Shown here piece by piece: positions 35,838 through 45,828 of a stretch of DNA of 64,000 nt. The first letter of the stretch is position 1. Every line of letters starts with the position of its first letter. Below the pieces are notes generated by a model. It was not told the origin of the DNA, made no database searches, and saw only the letters and a list, made by a program, of their open reading frames with translations. Both the position numbers and the translations under genes were made by a program. Location of the stretch: contig DASRHQ010000070.1 of NCBI GenBank assembly GCA_035650455.1, positions 60 through 64,059 on the forward strand, given 5' to 3'. The stretch comes from Solirubrobacteraceae bacterium. Its GTDB lineage: Bacteria; Actinomycetota; Thermoleophilia; Solirubrobacterales; Solirubrobacteraceae.

Positions 35838-37970
35838 TCACGCAGCCTGGGTCGCGCCCTCCCGGAGGCCAATCCGCTCGTGCAGGCGTCGTAGCGGGCG
35901 GGGCGCCCACCAGTTGGCCGATCCCAGCAGTTGCATCAGCGACGGGACCAGCAACGCTCGGATGATCGACGCGTCCAGCAGAACGGCCAGCGCGGTGCCG
36001 ATTCCGAGCTCCTTGATGAATACGATCTGCGAAGTCGCGAAGGCGCCGACGGCGACGGCGAAGAGCAATGCGGCCGCGGTGACGATGCGCCCGGTCCTCT
36101 CGAGTCCGAGAGCCACGGCCTCGGAGTTGGGTACGCCGGCGTCGTGTGCCTCCTTTATACGCGCCAGGAGGAACACGCCATAGTCGGTGGCCAGCCCGAA
36201 GCCGATCGCAAACAGCAGGATCGGCTGCGTGGCGTCGAGCGCGCCGAGGCTGTGGTAGCCGAGCAGACCCCGAAGGTTGCCGTGCTGGAAGATCAGGACG
36301 AGGATCCCGAACACGGCGCATAGATTGAGCGCGTTCATCAAGACGGCCTTGATCGGCAACACGACTGAGCCAGTCATCACGAACAGAACGATCAGCGCGG
36401 CGGCGATGACTACGCCGAGCACCGCGGGGAGGTGGGCGCCGAGGCTATGCTCGAGATCGAGGTAGGACGCCGTTTGCCCGGCGACGCCCAGGTAGTAGGG
36501 CGTATGGATCGAGCGCACCTCGCGCACGAGCCGCTCGGTGCTGGCGGTGAGCGGACCGTGGACCGGCGCGACATCGAGCAGCGACGTCCCGCGACCGGCG
36601 GACCGAGCGGGCCCGACCGCCGATACATCCGGCAGGCGGGCAATCCGCTCGGTGAGCTTCCGAACTTCCGGCGAGGACACGGGGACCCCCACAACCACCT
36701 CGAGCGGAGTGGTGCGATTGGGCGGGAATTCAGTGTTAAGCGAATCTTGGACTTGGTGGGCGCTTGCGCTCTGGGGAAGAACCCGGGCGTCCGCGGTGAT
36801 GAACCGGGTCTGCGTGAACGGGATGCCGAGTGCGATGAGCACCGCGGCGCTCGCGACGGCGACCTGCGCCGGCCGCCTACTCACGAACTGCGCGAGGCGG
36901 TACCACCCGCCGCTCCGCGCGGGCCGCGCGTCGCGTTCGGCGGCCTGCCGTAGCCGCCGGGGTGAGAGCGCGTTGATGCGCGGGCCGAGCACAGCCACCA
37001 GCGCAGGAAGCACAGTCAGCGCCAGCGTCGCCGCCAGGAGCGCGACGATCGCGCCCGCGATCCCCATCGAGTACAAGAACCGCTGCGGGAATATCGCGAG
37101 TGCGGCCACTGAGACCGCGACCGTCACCGAGCTGAACAGTACGGTGCGTCCGGCGGTCCGCAGGGTGCGGCGCAGTGCTTGTGGGCCGAAGCCGTTCCGT
37201 GCGGCTTCCTCGCGGTAGCGCGAGACGACGAACAGGCTGTAGTCAATCGCCAAGCCGAGTCCCAGTCCGGTCGTCAGGTTCAGGGCGAAGACCGACAGGT
37301 CGGCGAACGTCGAGACGACCCGCAGGAGGAAAAAGGTGCCGAGAATCGCGAGCCCACCGAGCAGCGGCGGCAGCAGCGCCGCGACGACCGAGCGAAAGAA
37401 CAGCAGCGAGAGCAGGAAGATGAACGGGAAGGCGAGCAGTTCGGCGTGCGCCAGGTCGTTGCCGACTTGCGTGTTCACCTGCGCGTTGGCGATCGCGTCG
37501 CCGCCCAGCTTGACGTCATGCTGGGACGAGAAGCGGCTCTCGATCAGGCTGGCGTCGTCGGATAGGCGCTTGTCAGACACCGCCCTGAAGTACGCGACCA
37601 CGTATGTCGAGCGTCCGTCGCGCGCCACCATCGCGGGGCTGTGCGTGCTGTAGAAGCTCTGAACGCTCGCCACGTCGGGCTGCGCCCTGAGCTTCGCCGC
37701 GACCTGTCCGACTCGCAGTCGGGCCGTTTGACCGCGCACATCACCGCTCGAAACCAGCGCCACGACGCCGGGATCGATCTGGCGCCCGGTCGCGGCCTGG
37801 AAGCGGTTGGTCGCCTGGACGCTCTGCGTGGCCGGGTCGTTCGCGCCGTACGGGCTCAGACCGCTGGACACGCCGGCGCCGAACACACCGGCGATCGCCG
37901 TGGCCACCACCGCCACGGACAGCACGCGGCGGCGGTTTGTATAGACAAATGTCGCGAGCTTTTCGAACAT
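35838..37970 (-). CDS. MMPL/RND-family transporter
   Basis: GLAIDYSLFVVSRYREE, TAGRTVLFS, GLATDYGVFLLARIKE, TGRIVTAAA; start ATG 37970. Confidence 0.93.
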   Translation of the reverse strand: MFEKLATFVYTNRRRVLSVAVVATAIAGVFGAGVSSGLSPYGANDPATQSVQATNRFQAATGRQIDPGVVALVSSGDVRGQTARLRVGQVAAKLRAQPDVASVQSFYSTHSPAMVARDGRSTYVVAYFRAVSDKRLSDDASLIESRFSSQHDVKLGGDAIANAQVNTQVGNDLAHAELLAFPFIFLLSLLFFRSVVAALLPPLLGGLAILGTFFLLRVVSTFADLSVFALNLTTGLGLGLAIDYSLFVVSRYREEAARNGFGPQALRRTLRTAGRTVLFSSVTVAVSVAALAIFPQRFLYSMGIAGAIVALLAATLALTVLPALVAVLGPRINALSPRRLRQAAERDARPARSGGWYRLAQFVSRRPAQVAVASAAVLIALGIPFTQTRFITADARVLPQSASAHQVQDSLNTEFPPNRTTPLEVVVGVPVSSPEVRKLTERIARLPDVSAVGPARSAGRGTSLLDVAPVHGPLTASTERLVREVRSIHTPYYLGVAGQTASYLDLEHSLGAHLPAVLGVVIAAALIVLFVMTGSVVLPIKAVLMNALNLCAVFGILVLIFQHGNLRGLLGYHSLGALDATQPILLFAIGFGLATDYGVFLLARIKEAHDAGVPNSEAVALGLERTGRIVTAAALLFAVAVGAFATSQIVFIKELGIGTALAVLLDASIIRALLVPSLMQLLGSANWWAPRPLRRLHERIGLREGATQAA

Positions 37971-38027
37971 GGGTATGCCTCTTCTCTCGTGTCGGGTCAT
38001 CCGCCGACCACGAGGATGCGGAAGGGT

Positions 38028-38088
38028 GGGGTGAGTTCGCATCACCCCACGCAGAGTCACCCCACGCACAGTCACCCGACCGAGGTGA
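38028..38088. promoter_or_regulatory. TCACCC box array (15-bp direct repeats plus inverted copies) upstream of MMPL
   Basis: GGGGTGA 38028-34; TCACCC at 38042, 38057, 38072; GGTGA 38084-88. Confidence 0.6.
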
Positions 38089-38096
38089 CGCCCGGG

Positions 38097-40343
38097 CTAG
38101 AGCAGTCCCAGCTCTCGGCCCCGGGAGACAGCGCCGGGCCTGCTTGACACACCGAGCTTCTGGTAGATCCGCTTGGTGTGAGTCTTGACCGTGTCGCGGG
38201 AGATGCCCAGCTCGGCGGCGATCTCCTTGGCCGACATGCCGGTGGGGAGAAGGTCAAGCACAGTCTGCTCCCGTGCTGTCAGCTCGTCGGTGACCACCGG
38301 CCTCGAGCCGGATAGATCGACGACGAGTCGCAGCGCGGTTTCCGACCGCTCCAGCAGTCGTGGTGCGAGCGTGCCCGGCTCGGGAGCGCCCGAGATCAGC
38401 TCACGTGCTTCGCGCACCAGGTCGCGTGCCGCGCGGCGATCGCCTCGCTCGCGGCGGAGCTCGGCGAGCGTCGTCAGGGCATAGGACAACTCGACCGGGC
38501 CGGCGCCACGACGAGCGAGGCTGACCGCGCGCTCCAGCTCGGCGTGTGCCTCCGTCGGCCGACGGTCGTGACGAAACAGCCGCCCCCGCGCGATGTGGGC
38601 CGAACTGCAGATCCAGTATTCCTCAAGCCCATTCGCGCGAACGACGCCAAACGCGGCTTGCACCTTGGCGGTGCATTCCAGCCAGTCCCCGCGATCGGCG
38701 GCGATGAGTGCCAGTCGTCCGAGCGCGAGCATCGAGACGATGAAGTTCTGGCGGCCGCTCCCGAGCTTGATCGCCGTCTCAAACAACACTTGGGCGTCGT
38801 CGTTGGCGTCAAACGATCGCGCCGAGGTGCCCAGGAGACACGCCGCGAGCGAGTGCCAGATCGAGCTCCCGTCCAGAGGCGCGAGTCGTTGTGCCAACTG
38901 CTCTGCCTGACGCATGTCTCCCAGCAGCTGGCAGGCCGCAGCACGAATGACCGTTACCTCATGCCCCAACTCCACGTCGTCGCCCGGGTTGTTTCTCGGA
39001 GCCTGTGTGGCCAGATCCACCCACCGCGATACCTCGCCACGCTCGCCGACTGCCAGTGCAGTCCTTGCCTGGGTCAGACACAAGCGGCCATCGCCCGCGA
39101 TGTAGCCGCCGGGGAGGTTGTCCAGCCAACGCGCGACTGTGTCGCGCTGGCCCGCGTTCGTGAAGGCCAGCCAGTGATTGTCGATCAGCTCGGACGCTGC
39201 GTCGAACTCCCCAGCTGCTGTGAGGTGCCCGATTGCCTCGGACACCATCCCGGTATCCAGAAACCAACTCCCGGCTCGATGATGCAGCTCCGCAACGTAT
39301 TCCGGCTGTCGGCGCTCGAGCTCGTGGCGCAGCAGCTCGCTGAACAGGTGGTGATAGCGGTACCAGTCATGCCGTGGGTCGAGAGGGATCAGGAAGTAAT
39401 TTGTGCGCTCGATGCGGTCAAGCATCGCCCTGCTGTCTCGCCTGCCCGTGACCGCATCGCACAGAGGCGCACAGAAGCTGTCGAGCACACCCGTGTGAAG
39501 CAGGAAGTCGAGCTCGGACTCACGCTGCTCTTCCAGTAACTCCGCGGCGAGATAGTCGACCACCCGTCGATCGCTACCGGTAAACGACGCGACGAAGCCG
39601 GTCGCGTCCTCGCGCCCACGCATCGACAGGACCGCCAGATACAGCCCCGCTGCCCAGCCCTCGGTGCGATCGTGCAAGCGCTTGACCGTCTGGGGGGTCA
39701 GGTCGAGGCCGTGTACGTCGTTGAGCATCGACTCCGCTTCCGAAAGCGAGAAGCGCAGCTGCACCGCATCGATCTCATTGAGCTGGCCCCGCGCGCGCAG
39801 CGTTCCGATTCGGAGCGGCGGCTCCGCGCGTGACGTCATCACAAGGCGCAGAGTTGCCGGGAGATGCTCGATGAGCGAAGCCATGCCTTCGTGGATCCGC
39901 TGGTCCTCGATCGCCTGGTAGTCGTCCAGCACAAGGACGAACTGTTCCGAGGCGTCCGCAAGCTCGTTGACCAGCGGCGGGAGAGCTTCGTCGTTGAGGT
40001 TGACGCCGGGCGCGCGCAGCATTGCCAGCGAGGCTTCGCCGATCCCGGGCAGCACCGACCGCAGCGCCTCGATGACGTATATCCAGAATCTCGCCGGATC
40101 GTTGTCGCCCGCCTCCAACGAGAGCCAGGCCACCGGACGCTCTTCTCTCGTGGACCCCTCCCACTGCGCCACGAGCATCGTCTTTCCACTTCCGGCGGGA
40201 CCGTAGACCAGCGTCAGCGGTCGCCAAAGGCCCGCAGAGATAGCGTCGATCAGGCTCTCGCGGACGACGAGGCGAGGAAAGCTGGGGACTGCAAGCTTGG
40301 TCCTCAGCAGCGGACCAACGAGATCACTGCCTGGGACCGCCAC
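38097..40343 (-). CDS. MalT-like ATP-dependent LuxR regulator
   Basis: LRTKL, GPAGSGKT, LDDYQ, TEGWAAGL, WYRYHHLF, C-terminal LTAREQTVL...TVKTHTKRIYQKLGVSSR. Confidence 0.93.
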   Translation of the reverse strand: MAVPGSDLVGPLLRTKLAVPSFPRLVVRESLIDAISAGLWRPLTLVYGPAGSGKTMLVAQWEGSTREERPVAWLSLEAGDNDPARFWIYVIEALRSVLPGIGEASLAMLRAPGVNLNDEALPPLVNELADASEQFVLVLDDYQAIEDQRIHEGMASLIEHLPATLRLVMTSRAEPPLRIGTLRARGQLNEIDAVQLRFSLSEAESMLNDVHGLDLTPQTVKRLHDRTEGWAAGLYLAVLSMRGREDATGFVASFTGSDRRVVDYLAAELLEEQRESELDFLLHTGVLDSFCAPLCDAVTGRRDSRAMLDRIERTNYFLIPLDPRHDWYRYHHLFSELLRHELERRQPEYVAELHHRAGSWFLDTGMVSEAIGHLTAAGEFDAASELIDNHWLAFTNAGQRDTVARWLDNLPGGYIAGDGRLCLTQARTALAVGERGEVSRWVDLATQAPRNNPGDDVELGHEVTVIRAAACQLLGDMRQAEQLAQRLAPLDGSSIWHSLAACLLGTSARSFDANDDAQVLFETAIKLGSGRQNFIVSMLALGRLALIAADRGDWLECTAKVQAAFGVVRANGLEEYWICSSAHIARGRLFRHDRRPTEAHAELERAVSLARRGAGPVELSYALTTLAELRRERGDRRAARDLVREARELISGAPEPGTLAPRLLERSETALRLVVDLSGSRPVVTDELTAREQTVLDLLPTGMSAKEIAAELGISRDTVKTHTKRIYQKLGVSSRPGAVSRGRELGLL

Positions 40344-40376
40344 AGCTCAGTTACCGCCGAGGATCAGAGAGGTGGG

Positions 40377-42041
40377 TTACTTGGGTCCGCCCACTTCCTT
40401 GGCGCACCGGTAGCCGCTTCGGAGCGCTCCTTCGATGTAGCCCTGGAAGTTCAAGGATGTCTGCTCACCGGCGAAGTGCAGCTTGCCTTCCTGCTTGCCC
40501 TGGACCCCGTTGAACGCCGTGAACTGGCCGACCGCTAGATACGAGTAGGCGCCGCGAATGTGGGGGTCACCCGGCGACCACACGAAGTATGAGCGCCCAT
40601 TGAAGGCCTTTGAGACGTGCGGAAACAGTAAGTCGAAGCCGCGCAGGTATGCGTGGATCATCTTCTCGGGCGGCCTGCCGGAATAGGTCTTCAGGCCGTA
40701 CCGCCGTCCCCACGCCGCCGCGTTATGGCCGCCGGGCAGCGCGACAAGGATGCCCTGCTTGCCCGGCTGGTAGGACGTGGCATCCCACCCGCCCTGGACG
40801 ACCCCACCGTCGAAGCAGTTGCCGGTTTCTCCTTCTGCATTCCACACCCGCGACGAGAACTGCAGGAACACCTTTGAGTTGGTTCCCAAGGGCTCCTCCT
40901 TGATGGCCTTCGCATGCAGCGGTGAGATGGAGACGCGACTCAGGTCCACCGACCGCAGCAAGGTGAAGGGGAGGGCCAGAACGACGTGGTCCGCGCTCAC
41001 CTCGTGGGTGGTCCCTGCGTGGTCGAAGCTGCATCGGTATCGGCCCGCTCGTGGACGGATAGCGACAAGCCGTTGTCCAAGGTGAAGGGTCCCGGCGGGC
41101 AGCCGCGCCAGCAGGCCCCTGATCAGCTGGTCATTCCCGCCGTGAACGTGCCACTTCTCGTTCGCACCGGCCAGCTGCGGGGCACGATGGGGCTGGGAGC
41201 CGCTGGCGGTACTGGCGTCTTGACCAAGCAGGTAGACAAGGTTGAGGGCCGACGTCTCAGCCGGAGGGCCGCCGTACTCGTCTTCGATGGCGGCGATGCA
41301 TACGCCGCCAAAGTCAGATGCGACGCCGCCCGGTATGTAGGTGTCGATCCACTCGGTCACCGACATATGGTCGAAGCGGCGGCCACCTGGCGTGCTGTGG
41401 TGGTAGAGCTGCGGCCAGGGTGCTGTCACATAGGCGGCGTGATGAAACAGCTTCCACCCCCACTCGTGCCAGTCGCGGTTGAGCGAGGCCTGCGGCCACC
41501 TCTGTCCGTGAAAGCGCATGGTTTCGCGACCAGGATGAGTGCCGGGCCGGTATCTGTCGGCGTTGTCGAGTCTCAGGCCAAAGCTCTTCGCGAGCGCCAG
41601 CGTCGCCATGTGCTCCGGATTGATGAACTCGGCGTGCTCTTCGACGATCTGCCCGTCTTCGAAGGATCCACGCAGCGTCCTGATCCGGCCGCCGGGAACC
41701 GTGTTGTACTCGTAGACCTCCGCCTTGATGCCGTACTTGGACCAAAGCCGGTGAGCACAGCCCAGCCCGGCGATTCCCGAGCCCACGATCACCACTCGCG
41801 GCGGGGCCGGGGCACGCCGCGCCAGTACCGGGCCCGCCGTCAGGCCTGCGCCAGCGACCGCCCCGGCGGTGGCGCCCAGAAACGCCCGCCGGCTTACCGG
41901 GCGCGCCAGCAACTCCTCCGCCTCGTCCAGCCCACACCCGGTCTGGCGGGCGAGGCGAGAGACCGCTTGTGCCCGGCCAATCGCCGCCGCCGCGCCGGAG
42001 CGCCCCCGGGCTCGCCACGTCGGTCCTAGATCAACTCGCAC
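40377..42041 (-). CDS. Flavin monoamine/amino-acid oxidase family with twin-arginine motif
   Basis: SRRAFLG, VVIVGSGIAGL, PGGRIRT, GAYS, LHFAGEQT, GYIEGALRSG; GTG 42041 is 8 nt after TAGATT. Confidence 0.88.
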   Translation of the reverse strand: MRVDLGPTWRARGRSGAAAAIGRAQAVSRLARQTGCGLDEAEELLARPVSRRAFLGATAGAVAGAGLTAGPVLARRAPAPPRVVIVGSGIAGLGCAHRLWSKYGIKAEVYEYNTVPGGRIRTLRGSFEDGQIVEEHAEFINPEHMATLALAKSFGLRLDNADRYRPGTHPGRETMRFHGQRWPQASLNRDWHEWGWKLFHHAAYVTAPWPQLYHHSTPGGRRFDHMSVTEWIDTYIPGGVASDFGGVCIAAIEDEYGGPPAETSALNLVYLLGQDASTASGSQPHRAPQLAGANEKWHVHGGNDQLIRGLLARLPAGTLHLGQRLVAIRPRAGRYRCSFDHAGTTHEVSADHVVLALPFTLLRSVDLSRVSISPLHAKAIKEEPLGTNSKVFLQFSSRVWNAEGETGNCFDGGVVQGGWDATSYQPGKQGILVALPGGHNAAAWGRRYGLKTYSGRPPEKMIHAYLRGFDLLFPHVSKAFNGRSYFVWSPGDPHIRGAYSYLAVGQFTAFNGVQGKQEGKLHFAGEQTSLNFQGYIEGALRSGYRCAKEVGGPK

Positions 42042-42107
42042 CCTCAGCAAATCTAGCCCCGCAGGCGGAGGTGGGCAACATTGAGGGCGCGCAGGTGGTT
42101 AGCCCCA

Positions 42108-42608
42108 CTAACCGGGCATGCGCAGATCGAAGCGCTCCACCAACCCGGGAATGCTGCTGGGATCCATTTCCAGCTCATAACGGGCGCACAGCTCGCCGAG
42201 GCGCTCGGGCTCGATCTGGGTGACGCCACCGAGCTCGACCAGTTCGTCGAAGAAGCGTTCAAAGCCCGCCGGGGAGATGATCTCGAGGATTCGCGCCGGC
42301 TGTTCCCCCGCGTTCCAGAAGGTGTGCCACTGGCCTCTTGGTTTGAAAATCAGATCGCCCGGCTGGCCGAGCAGCACCTCGTCGCCCAGTAGCGCGCCCA
42401 TCTTTCCTTCCAGCACGTAGCTGTACTCGTCCTCGTGGGTGTGGCGATGAAGCGGCGCGGCCAGCGTGAGCGCCGGCATCGGGTGCTCAACAAGCGAGAA
42501 GCGCTCGCCGGCCTCGTCGCCTCCGATCATGAAGCGCACGCCAATGGTTCCCAGAGAACCGGCCTTGCCGTCCTGCGGACCGACCACCTTCGCCGTTGTG
42601 ACTTCCAT
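42108..42608 (-). CDS. Cupin-domain protein
   Basis: PLHRHTHEDEYSYVLEG, KPRGQWHTFWN, SPAGFERFF. Confidence 0.88.
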   Translation of the reverse strand: MEVTTAKVVGPQDGKAGSLGTIGVRFMIGGDEAGERFSLVEHPMPALTLAAPLHRHTHEDEYSYVLEGKMGALLGDEVLLGQPGDLIFKPRGQWHTFWNAGEQPARILEIISPAGFERFFDELVELGGVTQIEPERLGELCARYELEMDPSSIPGLVERFDLRMPG

Positions 42609-42694
42609 CTCTGACGTTCCTTTCGTAGGGCAGTACTGTCGCATGGAATCTTTATCAGACGATTGCCGGACCTGTCAATATTGAGTGGACACCA

Positions 42695-43321
42695 ATGACT
42701 GACCAAAAGCGGACATACCGCAAGAAGCGCCGCGCCGAGCTCGAGGAGCAAACGCGCCTGCGCATCACCGAGAGCACGGTGCAGCTTCACGGCACGGTCG
42801 GCCCGGCACGTACGTCGATAAGCGCCGTGGCCGAGCGCGCTGGTGTGCGTCGCTCGACCGTGTATCGCCACTTCCCCGACGAGGCGGCGCTGTTCGCCGC
42901 CTGCAGCGCCCACTGGATGGCGGCCAATCCACCCCCCGACCTCGCCGCCTGGACGACGATCAAGGATCTCGACGAGCGTCTCGCGACAGCACTCGCTCAG
43001 TTGTATGCCTACTACAGGGCGACCGCGCCCATGATGGTCAACCTCCACCGGGACGAGGCGATCATGCCGATCGTCGAGCGATTGTTTGCGTCCTTCCGCG
43101 GTTACCTCGTGGCCGCTCGCGACGCACTCATGCTTGGAAGGCAGCTACGGGGTCGCCGTCGCCAACAGGTCCAGGCTGCGATCGGCCACGCGCTGTCGTT
43201 CCCCACCTGGTATTCGCTGACTCAAGAGCAGGGACTCAACGACCGCGAAGCCGCCGATTTGATGCGCCGCCTCGCCGATAGGCGCGGCGCACAGCCCCAA
43301 CTGGAGAGGAGAAGTACATGA
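42695..43321 (+). CDS. TetR-family regulator
   Basis: TSISAVAERAGVRRSTVYRHFPD. Confidence 0.93.
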   Translation: MTDQKRTYRKKRRAELEEQTRLRITESTVQLHGTVGPARTSISAVAERAGVRRSTVYRHFPDEAALFAACSAHWMAANPPPDLAAWTTIKDLDERLATALAQLYAYYRATAPMMVNLHRDEAIMPIVERLFASFRGYLVAARDALMLGRQLRGRRRQQVQAAIGHALSFPTWYSLTQEQGLNDREAADLMRRLADRRGAQPQLERRST

Positions 43322-44049
43322 GCATCACGTTTCCCGGGGAGACTCCGGAGTACCGGGCTGCGCGCGATCGGCTGTTGGAGCGAGAGACCGAGCTGCGCCG
43401 CGCGACGGAAGCGGTCGCCGGCGCTAGGCGCGAGCTACCGCCCGGCGGGCGGGTGAAGATGGACTACGTCTTTGAAGGGGCGGGAGCCGATGGAGAGCCG
43501 ACGGACGTAAGGCTGTCCGAGCTGTTCGAGTCGGGCAAGAACTCGCTCGTGATCTACAGCTTCATGTTTCCGCGCGACCCTGACGATCAGGTGCCGGGAC
43601 CCCGCGACGGCCAGACTGCACGGCTTCCCCTCGCGGAAGGCCCGTGCCCGTCATGCACGGCATTCCTGGACCAGCTCGATGGAGCGGCCGATCACGCCAG
43701 CCAGCACCTCAACCTTGTGATCGTCGCCAAGGCCCCGCTCAGTCGCGTGCTGGCGTTTGCACGCGAAAGGGGATGGGGCCGGCTGCGGCTCCTGTCGTCG
43801 GCTGCCAACTCCTTCAACTCGGACTACTTCGCCGAGACGCCCGATGGGATACAGCGTCCGATGCTGACCGTGTTTCACCGCGACGGAGGGGTGATTCGGC
43901 ACTTCTGGAGCTCAGAGCTCTTATACGCGCCCTCGGATCCGGGGCAGGAGCCTCGCCATGTCGGCACCCTCGAGCCGCTTTGGAACCTGTTCGATCTGAC
44001 TCCGGAGGGTCGCCCCACGGACTGGGCTGAGCAGTTCACGTATGCCTGA
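43318..44049 (+). CDS. DUF899 family (thioredoxin-like) protein
   Basis: RRELPPG, CPSCT, GWGRLRLLSS, LWNLFDLTPEGR; ATGA coupled to TetR. Confidence 0.85.
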   Translation: MSITFPGETPEYRAARDRLLERETELRRATEAVAGARRELPPGGRVKMDYVFEGAGADGEPTDVRLSELFESGKNSLVIYSFMFPRDPDDQVPGPRDGQTARLPLAEGPCPSCTAFLDQLDGAADHASQHLNLVIVAKAPLSRVLAFARERGWGRLRLLSSAANSFNSDYFAETPDGIQRPMLTVFHRDGGVIRHFWSSELLYAPSDPGQEPRHVGTLEPLWNLFDLTPEGRPTDWAEQFTYA

Positions 44050-44144
44050 GGGGAGGGCGGACTCGCCCCGCCGGGGGAATCCGGGATGTCCGCCCGGGGC
44101 CATCGCTTGACTATTCCGGCGCCGATGTATCGTAAGTTGTAATA

Positions 44145-44450
44145 GTGGCCGGCGATCTGCCACAGCGTTCGGTACTCGTGCTCACCAGCCTGGCGGACGG
44201 GCCTAAGCATGGCTACGCCCTCATCAAGGACATCGACCGGTTCGCAGGCGTGACCCTCGGGCCGGGAACGCTGTATGGCGTTTTGGCGCGCCTCGAAGAG
44301 GCGGGCCTGGTCAAGGCGCTACCGCCGGAGCAACGGCGCCACCCCTACGAGATCACCGTGCAAGGGGTCGCCGCCCTCACCGACCAGCTCAGACGCAACG
44401 AGGCGATCGCGCGCGTCGGCCTCGCGCGTGTAGGAGTCCAGAGCGCATGA
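44145..44450 (+). CDS. PadR-family regulator
   Basis: LTSLADGPKHGYAL, LGPGTLYGVLARLE, RRHPYEIT..G. Confidence 0.92.
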   Translation: MAGDLPQRSVLVLTSLADGPKHGYALIKDIDRFAGVTLGPGTLYGVLARLEEAGLVKALPPEQRRHPYEITVQGVAALTDQLRRNEAIARVGLARVGVQSA

Positions 44451-45013
44451 GCTCCCGGCTGACGCGCACGCTCCTCAAGCTCTATCCGCGGCGGATCCGT
44501 GACCGGTATGGCGATGAGCTGCTCGAGCTTCAGGACGAGCTCAGGGCGCAGGGTGAATTCTCGCGTTTGCGCCTGGTCCGGGACATGCTGGTCGGAGCGC
44601 TCGTCATTCGGCCTGCCCGCGGGACGTACCTCGCGACCGGAGCGGTCCTCGTCGTCGGCGGGCTCGCAATCGCCGGCATCTTCATCGGCGGGGTGCCGGG
44701 CTCGCCCGCGCGGGCACCGGGCTCGCCCGCGCGGGCATTCCGCCACAGCGTTCGGCTCGAGGTCCCAACCGTTACCGCCAACCCATACGGGTCATGTCTT
44801 GTCGCGGGCGGCTCATCCTGCTCGCGAGCCCCCTGCGTTCAATACACCGGCCAGCCATCATCCGAAGGTGCCGTGGCATACGCCTGGCTGCCGGCCAAGC
44901 GAAGCCGGCGGCGCGCGCCGCGGCGGCGCGCGACCGCCGGGCCCGCGACTGCCGGGCGGTGCGCTGCGTATCCCCAAACCCGTCCTAACCGCCCGGTCTT
45001 CGTCGGCGGATAG
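44447..45013 (+). CDS. PadR-associated membrane protein
   Basis: LLKLYPRRIRDRYGDEL N-terminus typical of PadR partners; one TM; 21-bp tandem duplication 44696-44737. Confidence 0.65.
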   Translation: MSSRLTRTLLKLYPRRIRDRYGDELLELQDELRAQGEFSRLRLVRDMLVGALVIRPARGTYLATGAVLVVGGLAIAGIFIGGVPGSPARAPGSPARAFRHSVRLEVPTVTANPYGSCLVAGGSSCSRAPCVQYTGQPSSEGAVAYAWLPAKRSRRRAPRRRATAGPATAGRCAAYPQTRPNRPVFVGG

Positions 45014-45033
45014 CCGCTCCTCGTCGGCGCGAG

Positions 45034-45828
45034 CTATTCGCCTCGCCAGATGGGGTCGCGTTTTTCAAGAAAGGCGGTCATGCCCTCCTGCGCGTCGTGC
45101 GCGAGCGCATTGTCGGTCATGACCAGCTCGCATCGTGCATACGCTTCGTCCTCGGCACGGTCGACCTGGGAGTAGAAGGCCTGCTTTCCCGTGGCGACCG
45201 TATAGGCACTGGACCGGGCGATCGCCTCAACCAGCTCAGCGACCGCGGCTTCGAGCACCTCCAGCGGCACGACGCGATTTAACAGTCCCCAGTCAAGCGC
45301 GGTGGGTGCATCGATCGGCTCGCCCGTGAGCAACATCTGCATCGCGCGCTTACGACCTACCGCTCGCGATACGGGGACCATTGGAGTAGAGCAGAACAGG
45401 CCGATCTTGACGCCGGGCGTCGCGAAGCGAGTGCCCTCGGCTGCGACCGCCAAATCACACGCCGCCACCAGCTGACAGCCTGCGGCGGTGGCGATGCCGT
45501 GGACCTTTGCGATCACGGGCTGGGGCACCTCGTGCAGCGTCTCCATCATCACGCTGCAACGGTCGAATAGATGAGCGAAGAACTCTCGTTCCCGGCCGAT
45601 CATCTCCGACAGGTCGTGTCCAGCCGAGAAGGCTGGGCCGGCACCCTCGATCACGATGACCCGAGCGTCCGGCCCCGCGGACACCTCGTGCAGCGCCGCG
45701 ATCATCTCTTCCATCAGCTCGAGCGACAGGGCGTTGCGTTTCTCGGGTCGGTTAAGCACGATCCGCGCCGCGGGCCCTTCGCGTGTTACGCGCAAATTTC
45801 GATACTCGATGTCCGGCAGTGAGCTCAC
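45034..45828 (-). CDS. Enoyl-CoA hydratase/crotonase
   Basis: LNRPEKRNAL, FSAGHDL, ATAAGCQLVAACD, FATPGVKIGLFCSTP; GTG 45828 is 6 nt after TACGTT. Confidence 0.93.
   Translation of the reverse strand: MSSLPDIEYRNLRVTREGPAARIVLNRPEKRNALSLELMEEMIAALHEVSAGPDARVIVIEGAGPAFSAGHDLSEMIGREREFFAHLFDRCSVMMETLHEVPQPVIAKVHGIATAAGCQLVAACDLAVAAEGTRFATPGVKIGLFCSTPMVPVSRAVGRKRAMQMLLTGEPIDAPTALDWGLLNRVVPLEVLEAAVAELVEAIARSSAYTVATGKQAFYSQVDRAEDEAYARCELVMTDNALAHDAQEGMTAFLEKRDPIWRGE

Noticed and set aside
42020-42110. Riboswitch upstream of the flavin oxidase
   Set aside because: A stem (CGCACCCTCA/TGAGGGCGCG) exists but no known aptamer consensus; it overlaps the predicted -10 and start.
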